A stretch of 64,000 nucleotides of DNA from Euprymna scolopes (taxonomy: Eukaryota), in the NCBI GenBank assembly GCA_053919585.1, contig CM132823.1. One strand, 5' to 3'. The notes beneath the pieces were generated by a model, which saw nothing but the letters and a program-made list of their open reading frames with translations, did no database searches and was not told where the DNA came from. Position 1 is the stretch's first letter. Each line of letters begins with the position of its first letter. Of this stretch, positions 14,150 to 27,200 are shown one piece after another. Made by a program: the position numbers and the translations under genes.

Positions 14150-14290
14150 CCTGTTCTCGTACTGTCCGTCATGACTGGGTAGAAGTTCTAAGTAATTTAC
14201 AATTGTATTTTGAATGTCGCCTGCAGGGAGGATTGAACCTTCAACCTCCAAAAGAATGTAACTTACAACTGAATGACCAAGCACTTTATT
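14150..14290 (-). mobile_element. Possible tRNA-derived SINE remnant
   Basis: B-box-like GGTTCAATCC on the minus strand at ~14229-14238. The rest is degenerate. Confidence 0.3.
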
Positions 14291-17016
14291 CATTATGCCA
14301 TGCAAGGACAATTTCTTTCAGAATTTAATAATCACTGTATTTATCTTTCAGTGTAGGAAACACTGAATTAACACTGAATTACGTACGGCTACGTCTTGCT
14401 CATGGCTGATGTCCTCGTGGATTAAATAAAGTGTTCGATTTGAAATTTTTGCAGATTTCAAAGTTTGACCAGATACACCTAATAAAAATCAGGTTATATT
14501 GACTGAAACGTTGTGAAAATAACATTTTTAAGATGAGAACAGTGGCCCAGGGAATCAAAATAATACATATAATTAATGCTCATCTCAAAAATTCAGAAAC
14601 TGTCAAAAAAATTATTTGTTAGATAATCTGTATTACATTAAAAAAATTGTTTTAAAACTATCTGAAGAATCCAAATAATACAAAGTATCAGTAACTTTGA
14701 AATAGTTTTGAATAATTTAATAGTTTCATCTTGATTGAATACATTTTTTTTCCAGGTATGAAAAACTTTTTTTTTTTTCTTTGGTATATTTTTCTATAAA
14801 CAAAAAAATTGTCATCTTTTTAAAAAAAAAAAAAAAAAAATCTTTTTTTACATCAGATTTGAGACTAAATTTTTTTTTCTGTTTACTTCTCGTTTTTACC
14901 CAGGATTAAATATTTGCAATCTTAAAAAAAAATATTTTTTCTCGCTTTTTTTTTTTTTTCCGTAGGACTATACTAGTTGCAGGATGATTCTGCAGAAGCA
15001 ATGGTATAGTTCCGCTCAACTGGTCTTTGAATGAATATGGAACTGTTTTAAATATCCTCTAATTATCCGTACAATGAATGTCATTAAAATCTTTTCGCTT
15101 TTTTTAACTGGTAAATTTCGAATTTGAGAACACGTGTTTATTGCAAACTTGTTCCCTTAAGTTTTTTTTTTTTTATTTATATTATTGTGAAATTGTGTGC
15201 AAAATGATGTGTTGCATTTTGGAACGACGTAGATTCCAACTCTTATAAAGGTGGAGGATTGCATCAAGAGTTGCAATGATTATGCGGAAAAATTGGAACC
15301 TGGGGGGGGGGGGGGTCAGTAATATAAAAATGAAATATTTTATTGATATCAGATCTCATCTTCACAGGAAAGCAACACCAAGTTAAAGGTTACACAAGAG
15401 GATCATCACCAATGTTAGGACAACAGGAGTTAAATATCAACTCAAGGGTTAGAGATAAAGATACAATTTCCGATTCTTTTAAAATCTCCAAATGTAGCTG
15501 TTATGGTACGCATGCAATGTTTGCATATATTTTTTTGGAAATGTAAAAATACACTATAGACTTTAATTTTATTAATGGCTTAAAATCAATAAATATTTGT
15601 CATTTTGCTAAAGTTTCCTTTAAGGCCTTTCTTACACTAGTAGATAAAAATTTGTTTTTCTTGTAGATTTCGTTGTATTTTAAAAATATCTGCTAACCAT
15701 TTCTATCACAAAAAGTAAGCTGTTTCTTTGCTGAGAGTTGGTATTGGATTGTCACCTTCTCTAATGAGTTAGTAGCTAGCTATTGGATTGAGTGGGTCTT
15801 TCATGGCATCCTTTCTCAGGATTGGAAATTCCTCTTTCTGTTTGACAACTTTATTACGAACCCTTCAAAGGGCCACATTCATGTGCATGTCAAGAGTCAA
15901 GTCATTACACCCAAATCTTTAAATACGTCTTTATGTTTTATAAATCTGTCTTTGGATGCAATGGTTGCACAAAAAAAAACTTTCTGCATTCCCCGCACCA
16001 ATATTTCGCCATGAAATATGAATCATATACTCTATGGAAATATGAGAAGTACCAATATTTTGCTACAGATGAGATACCATGATCCAAAAACAAATCACCT
16101 TGGAATTGAGATGACAATGCAAATTCTTGCAGCATCAATTTCTTCGTCAGAATCGGTATGACAACAAAGTTTTTCCAATTCACAAATTCTTGACATTTCA
16201 GACATTGGCAATTTTCTTTGGCTCTGTCCAAATTTTTGATAAAAAATCTTTCAAAAAAAAAAAAAAAACAAATAGAATTTTTTTTTTTTTTCACATTTTA
16301 TTTCTTTTTATAAAATGTTTAAAATAAAAAAAAAAAAAAATAAAAATTTCAATATTTTTTTTTACGGAAACCAAAATTTTGTTTTCAAAATAAAATTAAT
16401 ATTTTTTTATTCTTCAAATAAAATCAATTTTTTACTAAAAACAAAAAAATTCAATCCGAATCGCAAAAAAAAAAATTGTTTTAAATTTTCTCTTTTTCAT
16501 CGAATTAATTTGTTTGAATCATGATGTTCGTAAACTGATCACCAAATCTTCCAACTTTAAGGATCAACACGAATCCACAAATGCCATCCAAATAATCCCA
16601 ATAATTTATTCCCTCAAGTTGAAAATTTTCTAATTTGTCTCCTTTTATTGTAAACGAATGAATTTTTGAATTTTCATCCAAAACAGAAATTTTTTCGTGT
16701 TATTTAAAATTTGCACCAATTCAAAGCATCATGTTCTACCTTTTCTGAAATCTAATAATATTCTAACCTCATTTTATGGGTAGTTGGATTGGAATTCTTC
16801 AACAAATTTCAAAAGATTTTTAATTTATTTTAAAACGAACACTGAATAGGTTCACATTCATGCACACGTCAGTTGGTTGCACTAGAGCTTTCCACATTCC
16901 CCGCACCAATATTTTGTCATGAATAAAACACTAATGCTATACTCTATGAAAGAAGTACCAATATTTCGCAACAGATAAGATGCCATCCTCCAAACATTGG
17001 AATTCGGATGAGCATG

Positions 17017-17978
17017 TGTTGTATTGTGGTGTGGGCCCCCAGGTTGGGAATCGTAGTAGTTCGTAGGACCCCCTGGTTGTGGCACACAGCAGTTTTAATT
17101 ACATCGATCGTCCGTGGTTTCACCTGTTTACTAAGCGGTTGTCATGACAACGAGTTAAGACTAGTGAGTTATCTCACCTTAGACTGGCACTTTTTTTTCG
17201 ATCTTGCCTCTCGTCAAATGTCAAAAAATGTCATAACAGTGTTGAACCTGAAAACAAATCGGTTGACAACTTAGAACGATCAGCCGTAACTTAAAACATG
17301 TATTAAAGACGTAAGTCACAATTGCTTTGTTTTTGTATAAGATTATATTTTATATCATACATATTTACAATTTAACAGTTCGTCTTTTTCTTTTGGTGGG
17401 TTTGAAATTCACAGCGATAGCAACAGCGTTCTCACAGTGATCTGAGGAGGGAATGACGTTTCGACGATGCAGTCTTCAGCAACGTTCTGTTGCCTTTCTC
17501 TCTCCTCTCTGTCGCGCGTCTGTTCCTTATATGGCATTCAGCTCAACTTTCTGACGTCACGCGTCCTAGAGCTAATTTACATATAACCAACAGACAATTC
17601 CAAGGATCTAGGAATTTAGGTCTCGGTTTCCACGTGAGTCCTTAACACGTTTTTGTTTTATTTATTTAGTCGGGCGATTATTTCTGCACACGCTGATAAT
17701 CCACCTGTTTACTAATTGTTATATTTCTCAGGAAATTCCATTCATTGTTTTTGTTCGCCGTAGAATGCCGTGCAAAATATGCGAATTCCAGTAACCTGAT
17801 TTCTCGTTTTGTCAACAATTACGATCGTCCGACTTTTTCTATTTACACTGCGAATTCTTTATTTTCTTTAATTCATACTAGTGGACTATCAACATTCGAT
17901 GTCCACCTCAAGTTAATAAAAAGGGATTTTATTTTAACCCTTATGTATTGGTTGGCCCTAGCGAACCGCTACATAACA
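17017..17978 (-). mobile_element. Solo LTR (Gypsy-type)
   Basis: TGTT...AACA ends with a 4-bp TSD catg. It interrupts ggatgagcatgcaaattc, which is intact at ~19153-19170. TATA-like CATATAAGG on the minus strand at ~17530 gives a tentative orientation. Confidence 0.7.
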
Positions 17979-20773
17979 CATGCAAATTCTTTTTACATNN
18001 NNNNNNNNNNNNNNNNNNNNNNNNNNNNNNNNNNNNNNNNNNNNNNNNNNNNNNNNNNNNNNNNNNNNNNNNNNNNNNNNNNNNNNNNNNNNNNNNNNNN
18101 NNNNNNNNNNNNNNNNNNNNNNNNNNNNNNNATTTTTTTCGACGGAAACCAAAATTTTATTTTCAAAACAAAAGTAAAATTAATATAATTTTGTTATTCA
18201 AATAAAATCAATTTTTTGTTTTGAAATCAATTCAATCCGAATCACAAAAAAAAGTGTTTAAATTTATTAAAATTTAAATGTTCTTTTTTCATCGAATTAA
18301 TTTGTTTGAAATTTGAACCAAAACAAATTAATTCATGAAGTTCGTAAATTTGACCACCAAATCTCTCCAATTTAATGATCAAGCATAACTCCATCCACCC
18401 ACCTCTCAGTCCACATTCTCTCTCTCTAGCTGGGAGCACACACGAGGCAATAAAGAGAAGAAGCAGAATAAAAGTTTTATATTTTTTCCAACAAAAATGT
18501 CTGTGAAAATGAAACAAAAATGAGGGTTGCAAGGAGTTGTCATTGTAAACAAAAAATTGAAATTCAGTTCGAAATTAACATTTTATTTGTCAGTTCAATA
18601 AACGAACAATTCATCACAAACAAAAGGAGTTCATTCATGGCTAGGTCTCCATATTAGACTTGCGCAAGCATAAATAAATTAAACTTCTATAAAATGAACA
18701 AAAAAATTTATTTAAAAAAAAAATTTTTTTTTCGTTTATAAAATATATTTAACATTTCCATTCCAATTTTTTCAACAAAAACCAAAATGTTATTTTCAAT
18801 ACAAAAACGGAATGAATATAAATTTTTTTTTTTTTTTTTTTTTTGGTTTAAAGTCAAACAATTTTGGATTTGGAAAAAAAAATTAAAAACTTTTCTTTTT
18901 CTACTGAATTTGTTTGAAATTTGAATTGGATTACAAAAAAATTGTCCAAATTTATTAAAATTTAAAATTTTATTTTAAAACGAACACTGAATAAGTTCAC
19001 ATTCATGCACACGTCAGTTGGTTGCACTAGAGCTTTCCACATTCCCCCGCACCAATATTATGTCATGAATAAAACGCTAATGCTATACTCTATGAAAGAA
19101 GTACCAATATTTCGCAACAGATAAGATGCCATCCTCCAAACATTGGAATTCGGATGAGCATGCAAATTCTTTTTACATTAATTGCTTCAATATGAATAAA
19201 ATAAATAAAAAATTAAAAAAACAAAAACAAAAAAAACAATTTTTTTTTTTTCACATTTTATTTCTTTTTATAAAATGTTTAAAATAAAAAAAAATTTCAA
19301 TTTTTTTTGACGGAAACCAAAATTTTGTTTTCAAAATAAAATTAATATTTTTTCATTCTTCAAATAAAATCAATTTTTTACTAAAAACAAAATTCAATCC
19401 GAATCGCAAAAAAAAAAATTGTTTTAAATTTTCTCTTTTTCATCGAATTAATTTGTTTGAATCATGATGTTCATAAACTGATCACCAAATCTTCCAACTT
19501 TAAGGATCAACACGAATCCGCAAATGCCATCCAAATAATCCCAATAATTTATTCCCTCAAGTTGAAAATTTTCTAATTTGTCTCCTTTTATTGTAAACGA
19601 ATGAATTTTTGAATTTTCATCCAAAACAGAAATTTTTTCGTGTTATTTAAAATTTGCACAAATTCAAAGCATTGTGTTCTACCTTTTCTGAAATCTAATA
19701 ATATTCTAACCTCATTTTATGGGTAGTTGGATTGGAATTCTTCAACAAATTTCAAAAGATTTTTAATTTATTTTAAAACGAACACTAAATAGGTTCACAA
19801 ATGCAAATTCTTTTACATTAATTGCTTCAATATAAATAAAATAAATAAAAAATTTAAAAAAAAAATTTTTTTTTCACATTTTATTTCTTTTTATAAAATG
19901 TTTAAAATAAAAAAAAGATTTCAATTTTTTTTGACGGAAACCAAAATTTTGTTTTCAAAATAAAATTAATATTAAAGTGGCATCAGTCAACCAGTCTGTG
20001 TTTGCTCTCAATGTTGGTCTTGTGCTCTGTCACAGCCTGCAACATATTTTTGCCCTGAATAAAACCTGAATCGCATACTCCATGGAAACATGAGAAATAC
20101 CAATATTTTGCTACAGATAAGATGCCATCATCCAAACACGAATCGCATTGGAATTCGGATGACGAAGCAAATTCTTGTTACATTAATTCCTTCGACAGAA
20201 TCTGTGAAACGACAAAGCTTTTCCAGTTCACAAATTCTTCATGACATTTCAGACATTTGCAATTTGTTTTGGCTCTGTCCAAAGTTTTGATGAAACATGA
20301 TTCGCATACTCCATGGAAACATGAAGCATTTGAAGAGTCTAGTTGTCTGTAATACCTTTTTTCTTTCCTTTGTGAGTTTATTTTATTGTTTCTAAATGTA
20401 CCGTGACATTTTTAAAATATAATTTTCTTTTTTCGTCCTGTTTTCTTTCGTGTGTGTTTGTATTAGTTATTTCTTAATTGTTTTGTGTATTTTCTTCTTA
20501 ATCATCAGTCTTTCCTATATTATTGTGTAATTGGTGCTCCCATCCTCATGTGTGAATGGTAGGTGTATGATGCAAAGGTCGCATAAGGAAGAAACCAAGC
20601 ATACCGATATATAAGAAATAAATGTAGATTTATTTAGATAAAAAATGCAAAAGAGAGAATAAGTGACAATAAGAGTTTGGTAAAAAGAGATTGTTAGTAA
20701 TGTTGCTTGTGTCATTGGAAGCGTTATTGTCAATCTTTACTTGTTGATAGTCCAGCGAATAGAGAAAGAAATC

Positions 20774-20815
20774 TATAAAACAGGAAGTGACGTAGTTGCA
20801 TTGCCCTCTGGTGGC
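20774..20815. promoter_or_regulatory. ETS/CRE composite plus CTCF-like motif upstream of a RING pseudogene copy
   Basis: caggaagtgacgt (ETS+CRE) and tgccctctggtggc (reverse complement CCACCAGAGGGC, CTCF core). Duplicated at 44901-44934. Confidence 0.45.
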
Positions 20816-21922
20816 AAGGCATGTGTTACTAGAGTTAAAGGGCGATAAGCGTGTTTTGCTTAAGAGTAAAGTCTTGTCTATGAGTCTGTTGGCTGGGAAA
20901 TTTCGATTTCCACAAATTCTCATCTTCTCCAGCAAGAGTTGATAAGTTGTGGACAGTGACAGGAGAGGGAGAGAAATCTGTGTTGCTTGCCGGTTGAGTC
21001 CTCTCTGATGGTTTTTGTGTTTCTACAGCGGGCTAAAAATAGTTCCTAAGAGACAAATGAAATTCATCTGCTCTGCTAACAGATGGGCATTAGTTTGCAG
21101 AAGCAAATATTCTTTATTCTGTTTACTGCTATAAATTTTTTATTTTTGTAATTTAAACATTTTCCTAAACAAATTAGACCTCTTGGGTTTAAAGGGAGGC
21201 AATCACTTTTTTCCAATAATGATGTGAAATTCACGTTTCACTTCTGTTGGTCTTAAGGAATATTGGAAAACTGGAGATTGCCTATTTTCTATTGACATTT
21301 TCTATTTGAAACAAAACACTGACATATCACAGATCTTTGTTCATCAAATGATCAGAATTTAGTTAACGTTGTCTTTCTTCCATTCCATCGATTTGTTCGT
21401 ACAGTCTCAAAGCCTTGTTTGGCTTTTTCTAGAATCAATTGATATTCCAAATATTTTATTTTTCTTTTAAATTCAAACAATTTTTGATTTGGAAAACAAA
21501 AACATTCCATCTGCATTACAAGAAAATTGTCCAAATTTATTAAAATTTTATTTTTTCACGAATGAATTTGTTTGAAATTTGAATCAAAACAAAGGATGTT
21601 TGTAATTTGATCACCAAATCTCCCCACTTGAGGGAATAAATGAATTATTGGGAATTAGTTGAATGGCATTCCTGGATTCATGTTGAATCTTTCAAATCGA
21701 AAATTTTCCAATTTGTCTTATTTTATTGTAAATGAATGAATTTTTTAATTCCCATCAAAAAAAAAAAAAAAAAAAAAAAAAAATTCTATCATATTTTTCA
21801 AACATAAAAAGAAACTTTTTGTTTCAACAATTTTTTTTGTTTAATTTAAAGAAAAAATTTTAATTTTCATTAAAACCACAAACTCCAAAAATGTCCATGG
21901 AAATGAAATTAATATCCTAGAG

Positions 21923-24900
21923 CAGGGGTCGGCAACCTTTTGTTTAGCGTGTGCCGACTTAGGGTTTCAAATTATTCAGCGTGCCAACATTTATTATTTA
22001 TAACGATCAAGGTCAATATACCTGTTCTCTATATTTATTTCATAAAATATATAATAATGTCAAAGTTTATAAATAATGTGAAAAAACTGTTTCTGAAAAG
22101 TTTTTATTATTAATGGGACCCTTGTCCTTGCATGGTCTTTGCCAATTCCTCAATGTCGGGAACATACTTTGTAACTTTGAGCTTAACACAGTTTTCTGAA
22201 TGTTCAGGTGTTAGACGACTTCGACGTGGAGACAACACTGCTTTCATGTGAGAGAAAATTTGCTCACAAGAATAAGTTGAACCAAAAGCTGAGAGAAGAG
22301 CAAAAGCAATTTTCTTCAAACAGATGAATGAGCTTGGGAGGGAGATCCAACAGTTCAGAATAGCACCAGACTTTTCAAAATTTTCATCTTCCAGAGACTT
22401 TCTTAGTTCAGCAAATTTTAATGTCCATATTTCTGAAGACCTAAATTCAATCTGTTGCATTTCAAAATCATCAATGTCCATCCAGCTAAAAAGTTCCAGT
22501 TGGGCATTTGTCAAATCAAGCATGTCGGGCTTAATCAGATATGAAAATAAGGATCCATGAATGTAGAAGTCCTGGCTTCGTTTTTCGAATTCTGCTTTGA
22601 GTGCTTTCACGTACTCCTGAAGCTCATCTGTGTTCACTTCGAATTGATTTGCATGATTTTTCACATTTGGAAAGTACTTAAATGCTTTGATGTTGATGTC
22701 ACGGGTAAAAATGTCAAGTTTCATTGTAAACGCTTTCCAATAGCTGAAAAGATCAAGGACTGTTTGTCCCTGTCCTTGTAATTTCAAATTAAGCTCATTC
22801 AAATGTGTGTTTATGTCGGTCATAAACATCAACTTCAACAACCAGCTTTCATCATTCAGCTGAGGGAATCGTTTCTGTTTTTCATCAAGAAACATCTTAA
22901 TAGCCTCAAGACAACAAACAAATCTAGCTAAAACTTTGCCTCGACTAAGCCAGCGAACATTGTTGTATAACAGAAGATCTCCATATTCACACTCAACTTC
23001 TTGTAGAAGCGATTTGAATTGCCTGTGAACCAATGAAGAGCGAGAAATAAGAAAGTTGATTATCTCAACAACAGTTTTCATCACAGAGACCAAATCCAAA
23101 GACGAGGTCTTTGCACATAAGCCCTCCTGATGTATAATACAATGAAAACTTAACAGTTTGCGTCCAACATGATTTTCCAGAAGTTTTACAAATCCTTTCT
23201 TCTTGCCAACCATTGCAGCAGCACCATCGGTTGTTACGCAGAATAATTTGTTCAAGTTAATGTCTTGTTTAGAAAAATAACCAGTAAATGCACACAAAAT
23301 ATCTTCTGCTTTGGTTGTATCATGAAGGGGTAATAAACAACACAACTCCTCATAAATGTGATTATTCTCGAGATATCTTGCAACCACTGCTAGGCGAGAC
23401 GCATCGTTTACATCGGTGCTTTCATCAAGAGCGACACTAAATACAAGGGATTGCTTTAATCCAGTTGTTTGCTTAGTTGTCACATTTTCAGCCAAGTCAG
23501 ATATGCGCCTCTCAACTGATCTTGCAGAGACTGGTATTTCTCTAATTCGAGAGAGTATAATGTCCTTATTTTTTAAATCACGAAACAAAACTTCAGCACC
23601 ACTCAAAAAAGCTTCTTTGATGTATTCACCATCTGTAAAAGGTTTACCATTTAAAGCCACACACTGGGCTATTTTGTAACTACATTCAGTAGCTTTACTC
23701 TTCATTCCAACAGCTTGGCTCAAAATAACAGTTTGTTTTTTGAAACCAGAAATAGCTTTTTTGATGGCTTCACCTTTTTCTTCTGAAGCTTTAAACTTAG
23801 ATTGATGTTTGGTTTGAAAGTGCCTTTGTACACTAGATGTGCGACACACAACACTTTCGCAACAGAAAGCACAAACAGCACGATCCTTTTGTTCCACAAA
23901 TCCATATTCTATTGTCCAATTGTCTTGAAATGGGCGATGATCAAGTTTTCTTTTCTTTTCAGTCGTATCTAACAGCAGGGGTATTCTGAAAATATAAATA
24001 GGCCTAATTACGTAAACATCAATTATGATATATATAAAATACCAAACAAATTATTCTTGCCTTTGCTGTGGGAGAACCAGGATACATTTTAATAAAAATT
24101 GTGGAGAAAAATTATGTACAGGGTGTCCCAGAAAAAGTCTAAAGGTTTTGATTAGCTCGAGCTAGGATCCTATTCGTGCGTGGCATTCACAATTTAAAAA
24201 AAATATTTCATCCACGTATTCCTCCAATCATACCATTTTGTTTAGTATGAAGATGATCGAAATTGCTCATCTCTTCTAATCCCAGTTACGAGCTTGAAAA
24301 TTAAAAGTACAATTTCAAGAATTTGAAAGGCAATTATACCTTATCTTGTATTCATATTCTGACCACTGAACAATTCTGTAACTCTAGCACCCTTCCTAAA
24401 TTTAACACCCCTCAATTTCAAACAGCAAATAAAATGTTTAAAACTAATAATTTTCAAAATTTTTTTAGCTCATTGTGTTTAGGAAAGATTTTTCTTAAAG
24501 AAAAGTAAAACTTTTTAAAATAAAATCTCATATAATTAATTTTATCGTAAAAAATATCACAAAAAAGTCAAAGCTTCCTTACTGCGCGTGAGCGTTTTCA
24601 CGTAATAGTTTCAATTTCAATTTGTAAATTTGTAAATTCTTGAAAATTTTCTATGATTTTAAAAATCGATAATTTTTTTTCTATTCATCAAATCCTTTTC
24701 ATTTTTTCAGATTTTATGTAAAATTCTACGCTCTTTCGAATGGAAATAAAATTATTTTCTGAAAAATTCATTTTCATACTTCTTTTATTTATTTTTACCC
24801 CCCCTCTGTCTAAAAGTATGAAAGTATGAATTTCTATTAAAAATTCGTCTCGGAACACTCTAATTTATATCTTTATTTAAAGATCATAAAAAAATGAATA

Positions 24901-26542
24901 AAATAATGTGTTGTTTTTTTTTAAACCTTTATCCCTTCATTTTGAAAATAAACGCTAAAGTTTAAAATATGTACATTCTTTTATTTTTTAAAAAAGATTT
25001 ATGAGCTGTGTAATTTTTTTATTTTTATCATGCTAAAAAAATTAAAGTTTCTTTAGTCTTTCCCTTAAAATTAAATTTGCTCTTTCGAAGATCTGCTAAA
25101 ATAGCTATTTTATCTGTATCGGAACACTTAGTAAATGTTACGAAAAAAAAAAAACCATGTAAAAATATTTAAAAACAAAAAAAAAAATATAAACTGAAAG
25201 TTATCCCTTCTATTTATAATCATTATTTAAAGCTTAAAGTACTCACAACAAACATTCTCCTTTTTTCAAATAGAGTCCACGTGTTTTTAATCTCTCTTAG
25301 AGCTGATGACAGATTTATGACAAGCTTAGTGAAAGAAAGGGTAAGTGGTAAGTTAGAGAGTTACAGTATAGGGAGATAACAAAAATGGAAGTTTGTTTTG
25401 TTTTGGTAAGCTTTAACCCCAAAATGACCCAAAGGGATGGTAAATAGTGTCATTTAGTGTGAAAAAAGGAGGGGTTTTACATATTGTTCCAGAACATTAT
25501 AATCATTTCTCACTCTTTCTCTCTCTTTCTGCTAAACGAACGACAGACAGACAGCCAGACAGATATTGAAAAAAAAATGACTACCAAAAAATAATTTGTT
25601 TCCTAATAAGGTTTATCATATTTTGAATATGGTAGCATATACTTAGTTTCATTACAAAACTTAAATAATAATAAAAAGCTAAAAACAAAAGTTTTATAAT
25701 TACAAATAAAAATTTATATACTTTTCTTAACTTTTTTTCCGGCATTGTTTTTTTATTTGTATAAATATTAAAATAAATTTAAACAAAAACAAATAAACTC
25801 CATGTTACACGTGTTGTTATTATCACTGGTAAGTGTTTTATTTTAATTAAGATAATCATAGTCAAAAGATTTTTTGGTTTACATATACACTTTTTATAAT
25901 TTCAAGTTAAATTTTATATACACTTCAAGGCATCCGTAGATTTCAAATGTCAGCGCTGCTGCTGATGTAAACAAAACTTCCGGCGATTCGTTGAAATTTT
26001 GGGCGGATTTTATCAACCTATCTCTGAAAATATTGCTTTAATTTCCAAATTTATGAATTCTTGATTATTTTTATTGTTGATTTTTGTAGAGGAATCATTC
26101 ATTTACTTAATGGTCATTTATTTTCGTCTGATAAGTTACTTTTTATATATTTATTAGATTTTTTTATTATGATTTTTGACTAAATTTTACATTTGCAACT
26201 CTCTCACGCTACGTTGTATTTCATCTGGGTCGGTGAGACTGAGTCACCAGACTCAATTCAAAACGCATTTCAAAATTATAGTATCTGACAGAACATACTT
26301 TGAACGAGCATGGAGCATCTAACGCCTACGGTTCGCACGGACAAAAATAAAACGCGTTTTCTTGTTGTGGGCATGCACTTAGGTGGCAAGAGTACGCAAG
26401 AGATCGCAGATATCCTCATAATTCCAAGGAGAACTGTTTCCTTTTGGCTGTATGAAGTTTAAAAGATTTGGAGGCTCGGCGTGCCATTAGAATTGCTTGG
26501 CGTGCCACCTGTGGCACGCGTGCCGTAGGTTGCCGACCCCTG
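21923..26542 (-). mobile_element. hAT transposon, Buster/SPIN group, full length
   Basis: 16-bp TIR caggggtcggcaacct / aggttgccgacccctg and 8-bp TSD tcctagag with central TA. Confidence 0.95.
22110..23985 (-). CDS. hAT transposase (GTF2IRD2/EPM2AIP1-like), main exon
   Basis: BED-like CAFC...HFQTKH, LDESTD, TTDGAAAM, HCIIHQE, VRWLSRG, FGSTYSCEQIFS. The frame stays open upstream of 23897 to a tttcag acceptor at ~23986. Confidence 0.92.
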
Positions 26543-26599
26543 TCCTAGAGTTTGGAGTCGTCATTCAAAACAGAATAAAATTGAAATTCGGTTTTAATT

Positions 26600-27200
26600 T
26601 CGCCATTTTTTTTTTTTTTTGTGAGTTCAAAAAGCAAAGTTAAAAGGGCAACATTTGTGCTCATGTCATTTCTCACGGATTCATTCGTGTGTGTGTAGCG
26701 TAACATTTTCCCAATATATTTCTGTTTTTCATGAAGTGCACAATTGTTCCGCATCCTCATCACCATTGTAATTGCATCAGACATGCCATTGCATCCATAT
26801 CTTTAAAGGTGTGTTCCGTTTTTATAAATCTGTTGTCTTTAGATGCAAATTGTTACACAAGAACTTTCCACACTCCCCGCACCAATATTTTACCATGAAT
26901 AAAACCTGAATCGCATATTCCACGGAAACATGAGAAATACCAATATTTTGCTATAGATAAGATGTCATCATCCAAACACAAATCACATTGGAACTCTGAT
27001 GATGAAGCGAATTCTTGTTACATTAATTCCCTCAAAAGAATCTATGAAACGGCAAAGTTTCACAAATTCTTCATGACGTTTCAGACATTTGCAATTTGTT
27101 TTTGCTCTGTCCAAATTTTTGATAAAACACAACTCGCATATTCCATGGAAACATGAGAAGCATTTGAAGAGTCTAGTTAGGTGTCGCAGCCAACACATCA
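26600..27200 (-). pseudogene. Most complete RING-B-box (TRIM-like) pseudogene copy
   Basis: FKCFSCFHGICELCFIKNLDRAKTNCKCLK(R)HEEF, then QCDLCLDDDILSIAKYWYFSCFRGICDSGFIH, then KYWCGECGK, with frameshifts. Confidence 0.6.
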
